DNA of 64,000 nt from the human T2T-CHM13v2.0 reference genome, Homo sapiens. The stretch lies in the NCBI RefSeq assembly GCF_009914755.1, contig NC_060947.1; one strand, written 5' to 3'. How positions within the stretch are numbered: the stretch's first letter is position 1; the number at the start of each line of letters is the position of its first letter. This document shows positions 1 to 20,058 of the stretch, one piece after another. A program made the translations under genes and the position numbers. The notes under the pieces are model-generated. The model searched no databases. It worked only from the letters and a program-made list of their open reading frames with translations, and was not told the origin of the DNA.

Positions 1-790
1 CATGTGCACGTGTGTGTATGTTTGCATTAAAAGACTTTATGGTTTTTTTTCTCTCCTAAGACCTTGTCTCCTCTGAGCAGAAGTTTATTATTTTTTTCTC
101 AGTTTATTGAATTTCATTGTCTTCATTTAGTTCTGCTGTCTCTGCTTTCTCTTGCCTCCGTCTGCTGCATGAGGGGCCTAAAACAGCTTATAATAGCCCA
201 GGATTCACTGAAGAAAACAGACAAAGCACCAGACTCTTTTCTGGGGAGAAACTTGTTTTTCTTTATGGAACCCCGAGAGTGGGTAAAGAGAAAAGTTTGT
301 CTCAGATCATAAAGTACTTGCTTTTGCATTGTGTTACCAGATTTTTTGACTAAAATAGTTATTGTAACGGAGGCTATTCTTGGGTACTTAAGAAAGAGGA
401 TAGTTTAGACATTTAGAACGGTCTTTGTTAATGTTTTTAAAAGTGCACTGTAAAAGCATCATGTGGTCTAGCCTCATAATAATTCTCCCTGTCTGGAGAC
501 CCAGGATTCAGTATGGGCCCTATCCAGAGCTCAGAGATACAGTTAAAAGATAGGTAGTCTCTATCTAAATACAACCGGTCTCCCCTTACAGTCCTATGAC
601 GGATTTCTATAATTTTTATTTGGCATCCATTTTTAATCTCCCTCTAGCACCAGACTACTTCTCTCTGTACTATGAGATGTAAATGTCATTACCATATTTT
701 TTTTAACGTAAGATTTCCTTTAATATGCAAGCTTAGGACTATCTAGCAGACAATTGCCTAGGGTAATAAAATAGTTTATTAAGACTGTGT
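1..790 (+). mobile_element. ERV1 MER4-group internal fragment
   Basis: Visibly homologous to the ERV internal sequence at 57897-58550 (e.g. GACTATCTAGCaGACAATTGCCTAGGGTAAT) and to the reverse complement of 45274-45450. Family name from recalled consensus. Confidence 0.65.
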
Positions 791-3692
<2,902 letters not shown>

Positions 3693-4372
3693 CTGAGCAA
3701 GCAGCCTGACTAGATGCAGCTGAGAAGTCCTGCTCCCACGGAAAGAAAATATGATTTCAACTACACCAACATAAATTGAACAGATCTTTGGACAGAAAAT
3801 GCCAAATGTGGACGGAGAAGAGAAGCAGATGCTGAGGCTGTAAAGGGAGGAAACTGGGAACACGGCACGGAGTACCTGAACACCAAGTCTGGTTCCCAGC
3901 CCCGGACAGTGCCTGGGAAAGGGGACTTCCCCTTAAAGGAGCCCCCCCCCCCATGGCCCAAAAGACCCGACAACAACATCAATAACAACAAAATTGTGGG
4001 CACAGTGCCAGTGATTGTAGGTGGCTCCTGAAAGGCCCAGGAGCAGGTCTGGCGAGAGGGTTAACTATCTTCCCCTCGCACCTCACAACAGAACTGCAAG
4101 CACAAGGATGCACAAAGAAACCACGCAACTAACAGCCTACCTACCGCCCATTGCTCTCAAGCGCCATCTACTGGAACACAGACAAAACTACAAGAGCAAA
4201 AAACTACTCGCTGTGAAACCGAAGGGGCAAGAATTCAACAACGAACACCCCGTGCAGAGACTTGGTCCTCTGAAAACTTCCAGAAACAAAGCCAACTAGC
4301 CATACTCAATTTACATCACAGTTAAAAATATGAGCCTCCCAAGATGAGGAAGAATAAATGCAAGAACTCTGA

Positions 4373-6228
<1,856 letters not shown>

Positions 6229-8244
6229 AATGAGACCAGTAATGGCTCTTAACCAGTCTGAAATAAATGAAATGACAGACATGGAATTATCTGGATGGCA
6301 AGGCCGCTCTTCAAGATTCAGTATAAAGCTGAAACCCAATCTAAGAAAACCAAGTAATCCAGTGAAATGATTCAAGAGCTGAAAGACAAAATAGCCATTT
6401 TAAGCCAATCCCAGGCTAGACTTCTTGAGTTGAAAGGATTCACTGCAAGAATTTTATAACACAATCAGAAGTATTAATACCAGAATAAACCAAGCTGAGA
6501 AAGAAATCTCAGAGCTTGAAAACCAGTTCTTCAAATCAACTTAGTCAAAAACAAATAAATAATTAAAGAGAAAAAAACTAACAAAAATGAACAAAACCTC
6601 TGAGAAATATGGAATTATGTGAAGAGACTCAATCGATGATTAATCAGCATCCCTGAGATAGGAGAGAGAATAAACATCTTGGAAAATATATTTGAAGTTA
6701 TAGTCTATGAAAATTATCTTCCTCTCACTAGAGAGGTTTACATGCAAATCCAAGAAATACAGAGAACTCCAGGCAGATACTATACAAGACAACCATCCCC
6801 AAGGCACATGGTAATCAGGTTCACCAAGGTCAATGCCAAAGAAAAAAATTAAAGGCAGCTAGAGAGAAGGGGCTGGTCACCTACAGAGGGAACCCCATCA
6901 GGCTAGCAGTAGACCTCTCAGTAGAAACCTTGCAATACAGAAGAGATTGGGCGCATATTTTGAACATCTCCAAGGAAAAAAAAATCAACCAATGATTTTA
7001 TATTTTGTCAAACTACACTTCCTAAGTGAAGGAGAAATAAAATCCTTTTCATTCAAGCAAATGTTGGGGGAATACATTTCAACCAGATCAGCATTACAAG
7101 AGGCCCTTAAGGGAGTGCAAAACGTGGATTCGAAAGAACAATACCTGTTACCACAAAAGCACACTTCAGCACATAGCACACAGACACTGTAAAGCAACTA
7201 CGTCATCAAGTCTACATAACGGCCAGCTAAGAAAATGACGAGATGATCAAAATCACATATATCAACAGTAACCTTGAATGTAAAAGGGCCAGATATCCCA
7301 CTTAAAAGACACAGCATGGAAGGCTGGATTAAAAAAAAAAAACAAAACTCAATCATTTGTTGTCCTCGTGAGACCTATCTCACATGTAGAAACACGTAAA
7401 GGCTCAATGTAAAAAGGGAGAGTAATATCTGCCATGCAAATGCAAAATTAAAAGAGCAGGAGTCGCTGTTCTTATATCAGATAAAACAGACTTTAAACCA
7501 ATAAAAGATAAGAAGAGTAAAGAAGGACATTACATAATGATAAAGACTACAATCCAACAAGAAGCTTCAACTATCATCCTAAATATATACATACCCAACA
7601 TTAGAGCACGCAGTTTCATATAACAAGTTCTTCTTGGCCTACAAAAAGACTTATACAACCACACAATAGTAGTGAAGGACTTCAACATCCCACTGACAGC
7701 AGTAGGCATATCATCAAGGTAGGAAATGGTAAACTCTGGACTTGAACCAGTCACCTGACTAATTGACCTAATAGACATCTGCAGAACATTCATCCAACAA
7801 TAAAAAAAAAATACATTCTTCCCATCTGCACATAAAATACTTTCTAAGATTGACCACATGTTCAGTCATAAAGAAAGCCTCAATAAATTCAAAAATTTTG
7901 AAATCATACCAAGCATACTTTCAGACCACAGTGCAATAAAAATAGAAATCAAAGTCAAGAAGACCTCTCAAAACTACATGCACACCTGAAAATAAAACAA
8001 CTTACTCTTGAACAGCATCAAAATTATGGCAGAAATTTAACAAAAATTAAATTAATAAAAACAGGAACACAACTTATTGAAATCTCTGGGATGCAGCCAA
8101 ATCAGTGTTTGTTAAGAGCAAAATGTATAGATCTAAACGTCTTCATCAAAATGTTAGAAATGTTTCAAGTTATCAATCTAACTTTTCACATAAAGGAACT
8201 AGAAAGGAAAGAACAAACCAACCCAAAATCCAGCAGAAAATTAA

Positions 8245-10559
<2,315 letters not shown>

Positions 10560-12478
10560 AGAATAACTTAATAAATTTGAATTGCAAAAATCTATACAAA
10601 CTATCAGTGAAACCAAGAATTGGATCTTCAGAAAAATAGATACGATTGATAGACCCTTTCTTAGGTTAACAAAGAAAAAGAGGGATACCAGACATGCGAA
10701 GAAGAACTGGTACTAACCCTGCTGAAACTATCTCAAAAATTTGAGAAAGAAGGGCTCCTTTTTAACTTATTCTATGAAATGAGCATCAGACCTGTATCAT
10801 AATCTGACAGAGACACGCACACACACAAAAGAAATCTCAGACCAATATTCATTGTGAACATAGATGTAAAAATGCTCAACAAAATAATACCAAACCAAAT
10901 CCAGCAGCAGAGCAACACCTCAAAAAGTTAGTACACCATAATCAAGTAAGCATTATTCCTGGGATGAAAGGATGATTCAACTTATGCAAATTATAAATGT
11001 GCTTTAGCACATAAACAGAATTTAAAGCAAAGACAATGTGATCATTGAAATAGATGCAGTAAAAGCTTTCAATAAAATTCAATATCTGTTCATGATAAAA
11101 AAAAAAAAACCTCAACAGACTAGGCATCAAGGGAATATACCTCAAAATAATAAAAGCTGTCTCTGACAAACCCATAGCCAACATTATATGAGTGAGAAAA
11201 GGCTGGAACAATTCTCCTTGAGAAGTGGAACAAGACAAAGATATCTACTCACACTACTCCTATTCAGTACTGGAAGCCCTAGCCAGAGCAATCAGAAAAG
11301 AGAAAGAAATAAAAGGCATCCAAATAGGAAAAGAAAAAGTCCAACCATCTCTCTTCCCTGACAATATGATTCCATACGTAGAAAATCCTAAAGGCTATGC
11401 CAAAAGGTTCCTAGAACTGATCAGCTACTTCTGTAAAGATTCAGGATACAAAACCAATGTACAAAAATATCAGTAGCATTTTTACCAACAACACGTAGGC
11501 TGAGAGTGAAATCAAAAACGGAAGTTCCCTTATAGTAGGCTCAGAGAAAACAGAGTACCTAGGAATACAGTTAACCAAGAAGGTGAAAGATTACCATAAG
11601 AATAACTACAAAACACTATTTTAAAAAATCAGAGATGACAGAAACAAAACAAAACAAAAATATATGCTCATGGACTGGAAGAATCAATATCATTAAAATG
11701 TCAACATGACACAGAGTAATTTACAAATTCAATGCTATTTCTATCAAATGACCAATGTCATTCTCCACAGAATTAGAAAAACTTTTTCTAACATTCAGAC
11801 AGAACCAAAAAAGACCTTAAATAGCCAAAGACATCTTAAGCAAAAGAACAAAGCCGGATGCATCACACTACCTGACCTCAAATGATACTACAAAGTTACA
11901 GTAATGTAAACAGCATGGTTCTGGTACAAAATCAGACACATAGACTAATGGAAAGAAAAGAACAGAAAATTTAGAAATAAAATGAAACACCTACTGCCGT
12001 GTGATCTTCAAGAAGGATGATAAAAACAAGCAATGGGAAAACGACTCTTTATTCAGGAAATGGTGCTGAGATAACTGACTAGCCACAGGCAGGTAAAGCT
12101 GGACCCTTGCTTTTCACCATATACAAAAGTTAACTCAAGATGAGTTAAAGATTTAAATGTAGGACCTCAAACTACAGAAGTCCTAGGAGACAACCCAGGC
12201 AATACTCTTCTTGACATTGGCTTTGGCAAAGAATTTTTGGCCAAGTCCCCAAAAGCAGTTGCAACAATAACAGAAACAGATATATGAGACCTAATTAAAA
12301 TAAAGAGCTTATACACAGCAAAAGAAACTATCAACACAGTAAACAGACAACATACAGAATGGGAGAAAACATCCACAAACTATGCATTCTACGATGGCCT
12401 AATATCTAGAATCTATAGAGAACTTTAAAAAAATCATTAAGAAGAAACAAATAACTCCATTAAAAATTGGCAATGACA

Positions 12479-12920
12479 GCGACACTATTCACAATAGCAA
12501 AGACTTGGAACCAACCCAAATGTCCATCAATGATAGACTGGATTAAGAAAATGTGGCACATATACACCATGGAATTCTATGCAGCCATAAAAAAGGATGA
12601 GTTCATGTCCTTTGTAGGGACATGGATGAAGCTGGAAACCATCATTCTCAGCAAACTATCACAAGGACAGAAAACTAAACACCACATGTTCTCACTCATA
12701 GGTGGGAATTGAACAATGAGAACACTTGGACACAGGAAGGGGAACATCACACACCGGGGCCTGTTGTGGGGTGGGGGGAGGGGAGAGGGATAGCATTAGG
12801 AGATATACCTAATGTAAATAACGAGTTAATGGGTGCAGCACACCAACATGGCATATGTATACATATGTAACAAACCTCCACGTTGTGCACGTGTACCCTA
12901 GAACTTAAAGTATAATAAAA
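12479..12920 (+). mobile_element. Short 5'-truncated L1PA 3' end
   Basis: Perfect 17-bp TSD AAAAATTGGCAATGACA at 12462-12478 and 12921-12937; L1PA 3'UTR and poly(A). Confidence 0.95.
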
Positions 12921-13759
12921 AAAAATTGGCAATGACATTGAACAGACACTTCTCAGAAGAAGACATATAAGCAACAAAAACTCATGGAAAATGCTCAGCA
13001 TCACTAATCATCAGAGAAATGCAAATGAAAACCAAATTGAGACAACATCTCACACGAGTCTGAATGGGTATTAAAAAGTCAAAAAACAATAGATGCTGGT
13101 GAGGCTGCAGAGAAAAGGGAACACTTATGCATTCCTGGTGGAAATGTAAGTTAGTAGAGCCACTGTGGAAAACACTCTGGAGATTTCTCAAACATCTCAA
13201 TACGGAGTTACCCTTTGATGCAGCAGTTCAATTACTGGCTATGTACCCAAAGGAAAATAAATCATTCTACCAGAAAGGCATATGCACTCTTATGTTCATT
13301 GCTGTGCTATTCACAGTAGCAAAGACATGGAATCAACCCAGATGACAATCAACGGTAGATTGGATAAGGAAAATGTGGTACATATATATACCATGGAATA
13401 CTATGCAGCCATAAAAATGTAATAAAATCTTTTTTCTTTTTCTTTTTAGCAGCAACATGGATGCAGGGGGAGGCCATAATCATAAGGGAGTTAACACAAG
13501 AAGAAACAACAAAATTCCACATGTTTTCATGGATAAGTGGGAGCTTAACACTGAGCATGGGAACATGAACATGAACACGAGAAATATAGACACTGTGGAC
13601 TCCTAGAGGTAGGTGGTAGGGAATGGAATGTTGGTTGAAAAACTACTTATTGAACGTTAGGCTCACTACCTGGGTCCAAAATTGCCATGTAACAATCCTA
13701 CACATGTAACCCCTGTATCTCCCTGTATCTTAAACAAAAGTTGAAATTCGGAAAAGAAA

Positions 13760-16230
13760 CTGCCTTCACGGTATCCCTTATGTGTTGCTATATCGTGTTT
13801 TCAGTTTCATTTGTCTCAAGATATTTCATGATTTCCCTTTTTTGATCCATTGCTTATTCATGTGTGTGTTGTTTTGTTTCCACATATTTGTGTATTTTCC
13901 AATTGTCCTGTTGTTATTAATTTCTAGATCCATCTTATTCTGATTGAAAAAGAGGTTTGCTATTATTTCAATCTTCTTAAATTTGTTAAGACTTGGTTTG
14001 TGGTGTAACATGTAACTTGTCCTGGAGAATGTTCCAGGTGTGCTTGAAAAGGATGTCTATTCTGCAAAATGGATATGCAAAAATGGCTAGCATTCCTATA
14101 CACCAACAATAGGCAAGCAGGGAGCCAAATCATGATTGAACTCCCATTCACAATTTCTACACAAAGACGGAAATACCTAGAAACACAGCTAACAAGGGAA
14201 ATGAAGGACCTCTTTAAGGAGAACCACAAACCACTTCTCAAAGGAATCAGAGAGAACACAAAAAAAATAGAAAAGCATTCCATGCTCATGGCCAGGAAGA
14301 ATCAATATCATAAAAACGGCCATACTGCCCAAAGTAATTTCTAGATTCAATGCTATTTCCATTAAACTACCATTGACAGACTTCACAGAAATAGAGAAAA
14401 AAAAAAAAAAAACGACTTTAAAATTCATAGGGAACCAAAAAAGAGCCCGAATAGCCAAGACAATCCTAAGCAAAAAGACCAAAGCTGCTACCTGACTTTA
14501 AACTATACTACAAGACTGCAGTAAACAAAACCACATGGTACTGGTACAAGGACAGACACACAGACCAATGGAACAGAATAGAGAATGCAGAAATAAGACC
14601 ACACACCTACAACCAACTGATCTTCGACAAACCTGACAAAAATTAGCAATGGGGAAAGAATTCCTTATTTAATAAATGATGCTGAAAGAACTGGCTAGCC
14701 ATAGGCAGAAAACTGAAACTGGACCCCTTCCCCACACCATATGCAAAAATTAACTCAAGACGGATTAAAGACTTAAACGTAAAACCCAGAACTATAAAAA
14801 CCCTAGAAGAAAATCTAGATAATACCATCCAGGACATAGGCATGGGCAAAGATTTAATGATGAAAACACCCAAAGCAATTGCAACAAAAGCAAAAACTGA
14901 CAAATGGGATCTAAATAAACTAAAGAGCTTCTGCACAGCAAAAGAAACTATCATCAGAGTGAACAGACAACCTACAGGATGGGAGAAATGCTTTTTCAAT
15001 CTATCCATCTAGCAACGGTCTAACATCCAGAGTCTGCAAGGAACGTAAGCAAATTTACAAGAAAAGATATAACCATTAAAACGTGGGCAAAGGACATGAA
15101 CAGACACTTCTCAAAAGAAGACATACATGCAGCCAACAAACATATGAAAAAATGCTGAACATCACTGATCATCAGAGAAATGCAAATAAAAACCACAATG
15201 AGATAGCACGTCACACCAGTCAGAATGGCTATTATTAAAAAGTCAAGAAACAACAGATGCTGTCAAGGTTGCAGAGAAAAAGGAACGCTTTTACACTGTT
15301 GGTAGGAGCGTAAAGTAGTTCAACCATCGTGGAAGACAGCATGGCGATTCCTCAAAAGACCTCCAGGGAGAAATACCATTTGACCCAGCAATCCCATTAC
15401 TGAGTATATACCCAAAGGAATATAAATAATTTTATTATAAAGATACATGCAATGTGTGAGTTCATTACAGCTCTATTCAAAATAGCAAAGATATGGAATC
15501 TACCTAAATGCCCATCCGTGGTAGACTGGAGAAAGAAAATGTGGTACATATACACCATGGGATACTATGCAGCCATAAAAAGGAACAAGATCATGTCCTT
15601 TGCAAGGACATGGGTGGAGCTGGAAGCAATTAGGCTCAGCAAACTAATGCAGAAACAGAAAACCAAACAACGCATGTTCTCACTTACAAGGGGGAGCTGA
15701 ATGATGAGAACACATTTACACATGGAGGGAACAACACACACTGTGGCCTGTCAGGACGGTGGGGTCAGGGAGAGCATCAGGAAGAATAGCTAATGGACAC
15801 TGGGCTTAATACCTAGGTTATGAGGTGATCGGTGCAGCAAACCACCACGGCACACGTTTACCTACGTAACAAACCTGCACATCCTGCACACGTGAACTTA
15901 AAATAAAAGTTGAAGACAAAAACAAAAAAAAAGAAGAAGAAGAAGAAAAGAGTGTGTATTCTGGGACTGTTGGTTGCAGTGTTCTGCGTATATCTAAGTT
16001 CATCTGTTTATAATGTTGTTCAAGTTTGTTATTTCCTCATCAATTTTCTGTATGCATGTCCTATGCATTGTTAAAAGTGCAGTATTAAAATCTCCTATGA
16101 TTATTAAATTGCTGTATATTTTTACCTCTCAGTTATTCACTGTATGCTTTATATATTTATGTTCTCTGATGTTTGGTATGTATGTGTTTATAATTATTAT
16201 ATCTCGTTGGTGAGTAGGTTCTTTAATTTT
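13760..16230 (-). mobile_element. Old L1M ORF2 endonuclease-region fragment (antisense), split by the L1PA at 14067-15944
   Basis: Minus ORF 13826-14011 (HKPSLNKFKKIEII...) is L1 EN-like; the sequence resumes after 15945. Confidence 0.75.
14067..15944 (+). mobile_element. 5'-truncated L1PA (L1PA8-11-like)
   Basis: ORF2 3' half and 3'UTR with A/GAA tail; degenerate TSD GAAAAGGATGTCTATTCTG (~14048) vs GAAAAGAGTGTGTATTCTG (~15945). Confidence 0.85.
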
Positions 16231-17412
16231 ATACCATATACATAAATCAACTTAAAATAGATTAAAGATTTAAGTATAAGACCTGAAACTGTTCAACTCT
16301 TAAACAAGAGTATAGATAAAAACTCGCTGACATTAACCTGGGCAATGATTTTTTTGATATGTCACTAAAATCAAAGGCAACAAAAGCAAAAAGATACAAG
16401 TGGTATTACATCAAACTGGAGAGCCTCTACACAGCAGAGAAAACAATCAACAAAATAAAATACAGCCTATTGAAAGGGAGAAATGTTTATAAATGCTATA
16501 TCTGTTACTGCGTTAGTATAAAAATATATAACAAATTCCTGCAACTCAATAGCACAAATCAAACAACACAATTTAAAAAATCATCAAAGGACTTGAATAG
16601 ACACTTCTCCAATGAATACATACAAGCAGCCAACAAGTATATGAAAAGGTGTTCCACATCACTAACCTGAGAAATGCAAATCAAACCATGGTGAGATGTC
16701 ACTTCACACTAGTTAGGATGGCTACTATGAAAAAGACGGGAGATAACAAGTTACGAAGAAAATGTTAAATAATGGGACCCCTTGTACTCTGTTGGTGGGA
16801 ATGTAAAATGGTGCAGCTGCTATGGAAAATAGTATGGAGGTTCTGCAAAAGATTAAAAATAGGACTACTATATGACCCAGCAATTCCACTGCTGTGCATA
16901 TACCCCGCAAAATAGAAATCAAAATCCTGAAGAGAAATTTGTACTCCCATGTTCATTACAACATCATTCACGGTAGCCAACATATAGAAACAATCCAAGT
17001 AGCCATTGACTGATGAATAGTGAAACAAATGTGGTATATACAAAATAGAATGTTATTCAGACTTCACAAAGGAGAGTATCATGCCGTAAACAACAACATA
17101 GATAATCATAAAGGATATTATGCTAAGGGAAATAAGCCAGTTAGAGAAAGATAAACACTGCATGACTGTCCTTGTATATCTGAAATATTAAAAATTAAAG
17201 AAGCAGAGAATAGAATGGTGATTTCAAGGGGCTAGTGGCATTAAAAATGGGAGGTTGTTGTTTACCAGGTTTAAAATTTTTGTTATGCAGGATAAATAAC
17301 TCCTAGAGATTTGCTGTACAACCCAGTAACAGTAGTTACCAGTATTGTATTGTACAATTAAAAATTTGTTAAATGGAACTTCTTATGTTAAGTGGACTTA
17401 CCACAATAAGAA
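16231..17412 (+). mobile_element. L1MA-type 3' portion
   Basis: ORF 16359-16670 (KAKATKAK-like, KDLNRHFS); L1MA-style 3'UTR ending ...CTTACCACAATAA. Confidence 0.8.
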
Positions 17413-17651
17413 TATATGGTACAAATATTGAGCTCCGTGTAATAGATTTGTTCTGTATAGATTTATGGGTTAGAAATTTCAAAATTATTTAATGTGTATT
17501 GAAATTGTATTTTGTTGATAATTGAAACCAAATTTTCTATTCTTAGAGAAGTGAATTACAAATGTGGTAAAGGAAATGCGAAAATGAGCCCGGTGGTGTT
17601 GGACTAGAATTATAGATGTTAGTATGAACAAACAAACATGTAGCTTATGTT

Positions 17652-17685
17652 CTATCTCTATCTCTATCTATCATCTATCTATCTA

Positions 17686-17741
<56 letters not shown>

Positions 17742-17757
17742 AATCTATCATCTATAG
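17652..17757. repeat. (TATC)n / (GATA)n tetranucleotide microsatellite
   Basis: Directly visible. Confidence 0.95.
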
Positions 17758-18862
17758 ATATTATGCACACGCTTCTATGTGTTTTTGTGTGTATGTGTGT
17801 AAAAATTATCTAATTTTTATTTCTGTATCTATATTTCTCTATCTATACATTATTATATATAATCTTCTATGTTTGCATTCTTGCCCCCTGAGAGGAGTAA
17901 GTAGAAGCATGGACACCTCAACAGCAATAAGCACATCTAGCACAAAGATCTTGGCTTCCATTTACTGTTATCTACTCAATGGAACCAGAGCTCCTTGGAG
18001 AAATGGCTAACTCTATGTTTAGTACAGAGAAAATACAAGATGAACCAGACATATATTTTTGTGCCATTAATTAAGGAAGTTTCAAAGACTGATAAGTACA
18101 CACAAAGAACACGGAAGACAGTTTGAACAGGATTTCCCTTACCAAATCAGGGACATATCCGTGTATTCATACTTAGATAGATAAATGAATAAATAAGTAC
18201 TGGAAACATCAAAGGTCATTTTTACAATATAATTGCAAGTAAATGTAGAAGAAAATGTTGATATGAAAAAAAATCACAAGTTGGCCACCACCATAAAGCT
18301 ATTTATTTCTGATGAAAATCATCAATAAATACTAGAATTATTGGGTGAAAGTATGGTGAGACTAGAGATATTTACATATTCTCACATTATATCTCCCTAA
18401 AAGTATTTATTAATTACAAAGGAAAACACAGTAACTTGGCAGTGGACAAATCTAGCAGATATCACCTTAGCCAAGCGATCAAATTTAATATCAAGATTTA
18501 ATGGTGCAAATAGTTATTCTTTGCTTCCTGTTATGACGTACTGAGAATAACATAGTAACAATGGTGTGCTAATCCTTCCTAAACTGTACAATATCGAGTG
18601 AATTAATAGGAAAAAAACCAGCAAAAAGCACAAATTGAAGGACAGTCTACAAAATACTGGCCTTTATATTTTAAGTATTAAAGTAATAAAAAACAAATGT
18701 TAAACAACCAATCCACATCAAGAGAGACTAAAGAGACATTACAACTAAATGTGGTACCTGATAATGTATCAGATCCTGGACCAGAAAAAGGAATATATTT
18801 ATTTGGCTTTAAATGACATTAGTGGGATAGATGGTGAAATTCAAATGAGGATTTTAGATTAT

Positions 18863-19075
18863 CAGGGTAGGAGTACTTCTTCTTAAATTGCCAGAGAGTA
18901 AATATTTTAGACTTTCTGGGTCATGGGATCACTGTTGAAACCACTGAACTCTGTCCTTGTAAAACAAAAACAGCTGTAGACAAGAGGTAAGCCAGTAGGC
19001 TTGGCATTGCTCCAACACAATTTTATTTACAAAAACAGGCAGTTGTCCCACGGGTTTTAGTTTACTAACACCTAA
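18863..19075 (+). mobile_element. MER58A-like hAT DNA transposon (MITE)
   Basis: Matches recalled MER58A text (CCAGAGAGTAAATATTTTAGACTTT...CACTGAACTCTG...TTTATTTACAAAAACAGGC). Confidence 0.7.
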
Positions 19076-19289
19076 ATTAGATAACAGGACTACATTAATG
19101 TTAGCATACTCATTTTCAAAATTCTTATCCTGAGAGTGTGCATATCTTGCTTTTAAGATTATATATTAATGGTAAGAATATATGCACATATATATGTGTG
19201 AGTGTATTTCTGAAATATACATATATACATAACAAAACAGATGTACTATGTTATGTTTTAAAATGTAATGTATTAATAGAAAATTTCAG

Positions 19290-19768
19290 GTATAGTGAGT
19301 AAGTCGAACATACAAGGAGATGATTGCCATTAATAAGATAGTTTACTAGCTACAGTTCCCACAAGGAAGGGGCACACCGTGCCACGGGAGGCCAAATAAA
19401 AAAGCACTAGGGTCTGCCAGAAGGTAGAGGAAGAGGAGAGAATTGTGGTCAAGAACCTCTGTTGTTGTTCTTATGGGAAGAAATTGGTGAGCCTATTTAA
19501 GCTGGTTTACAAGTGTCTGGTTTTAATAATTTCAAGAATACCTTGCATTGGCAGTGATTAAGGCAGAGGGATAGTGGCCCAGAGATAAAAGACCAAAAAA
19601 GGAAGTGGTTAACCGTGTATCCTCTGTATTGATTGACTTGTATTTGAAAAGCACACTGTCAGATTAGTTATTTTCTTGCTCTAGGAAATGGCTAACCCTG
19701 GGATGAGCAGTCCCTCCAGGGTCAGCAGGGCCCCAGATCTCAATACATCAGAAAAGAGAAAATTAAAA
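19290..19768 (-). mobile_element. Old LTR (MER76-like, ERVL group)
   Basis: Minus strand reads ...ATCTGGGGCCCTGCTGACCCTGGAGGGACTGC...GTTAGCCATTTCCTAGAG, similar to the recalled MER76 consensus. Confidence 0.5.
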
Positions 19769-20016
19769 AATATATATATTTTATATATATATGTATATAT
19801 ATATGTATATGTGTATATATATACATATATATACATATATATACATATATATGTATATACATATATATATACATATATATACATATATATGTATATACAT
19901 ATATATACATATATATACATATATATGTATATACATATATATACATATATATGTATATACATATATATACATATATATGCATATATATACACACATATAT
20001 ATGCATATATATATAT

Positions 20017-20058
<42 letters not shown>
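19769..20058. repeat. Compound (TA)n/(TACA)n/(TATG)n alternating purine-pyrimidine repeat
   Basis: Directly visible; source of the Y/I-rich spurious ORFs. Confidence 0.97.

Noticed and set aside
1-790. Possible older outer inverted repeat with 38050-38712/45270-45450
   Set aside because: The similarity is heavily diverged and confined to the ERV sequence, so it is best explained as an independent copy of the same family.
13760-17412. Single twin-primed (5'-inverted) L1MA
   Set aside because: The minus and plus parts are roughly 2 kb apart in ORF2 and no TSD was found, so it cannot be supported by eye.
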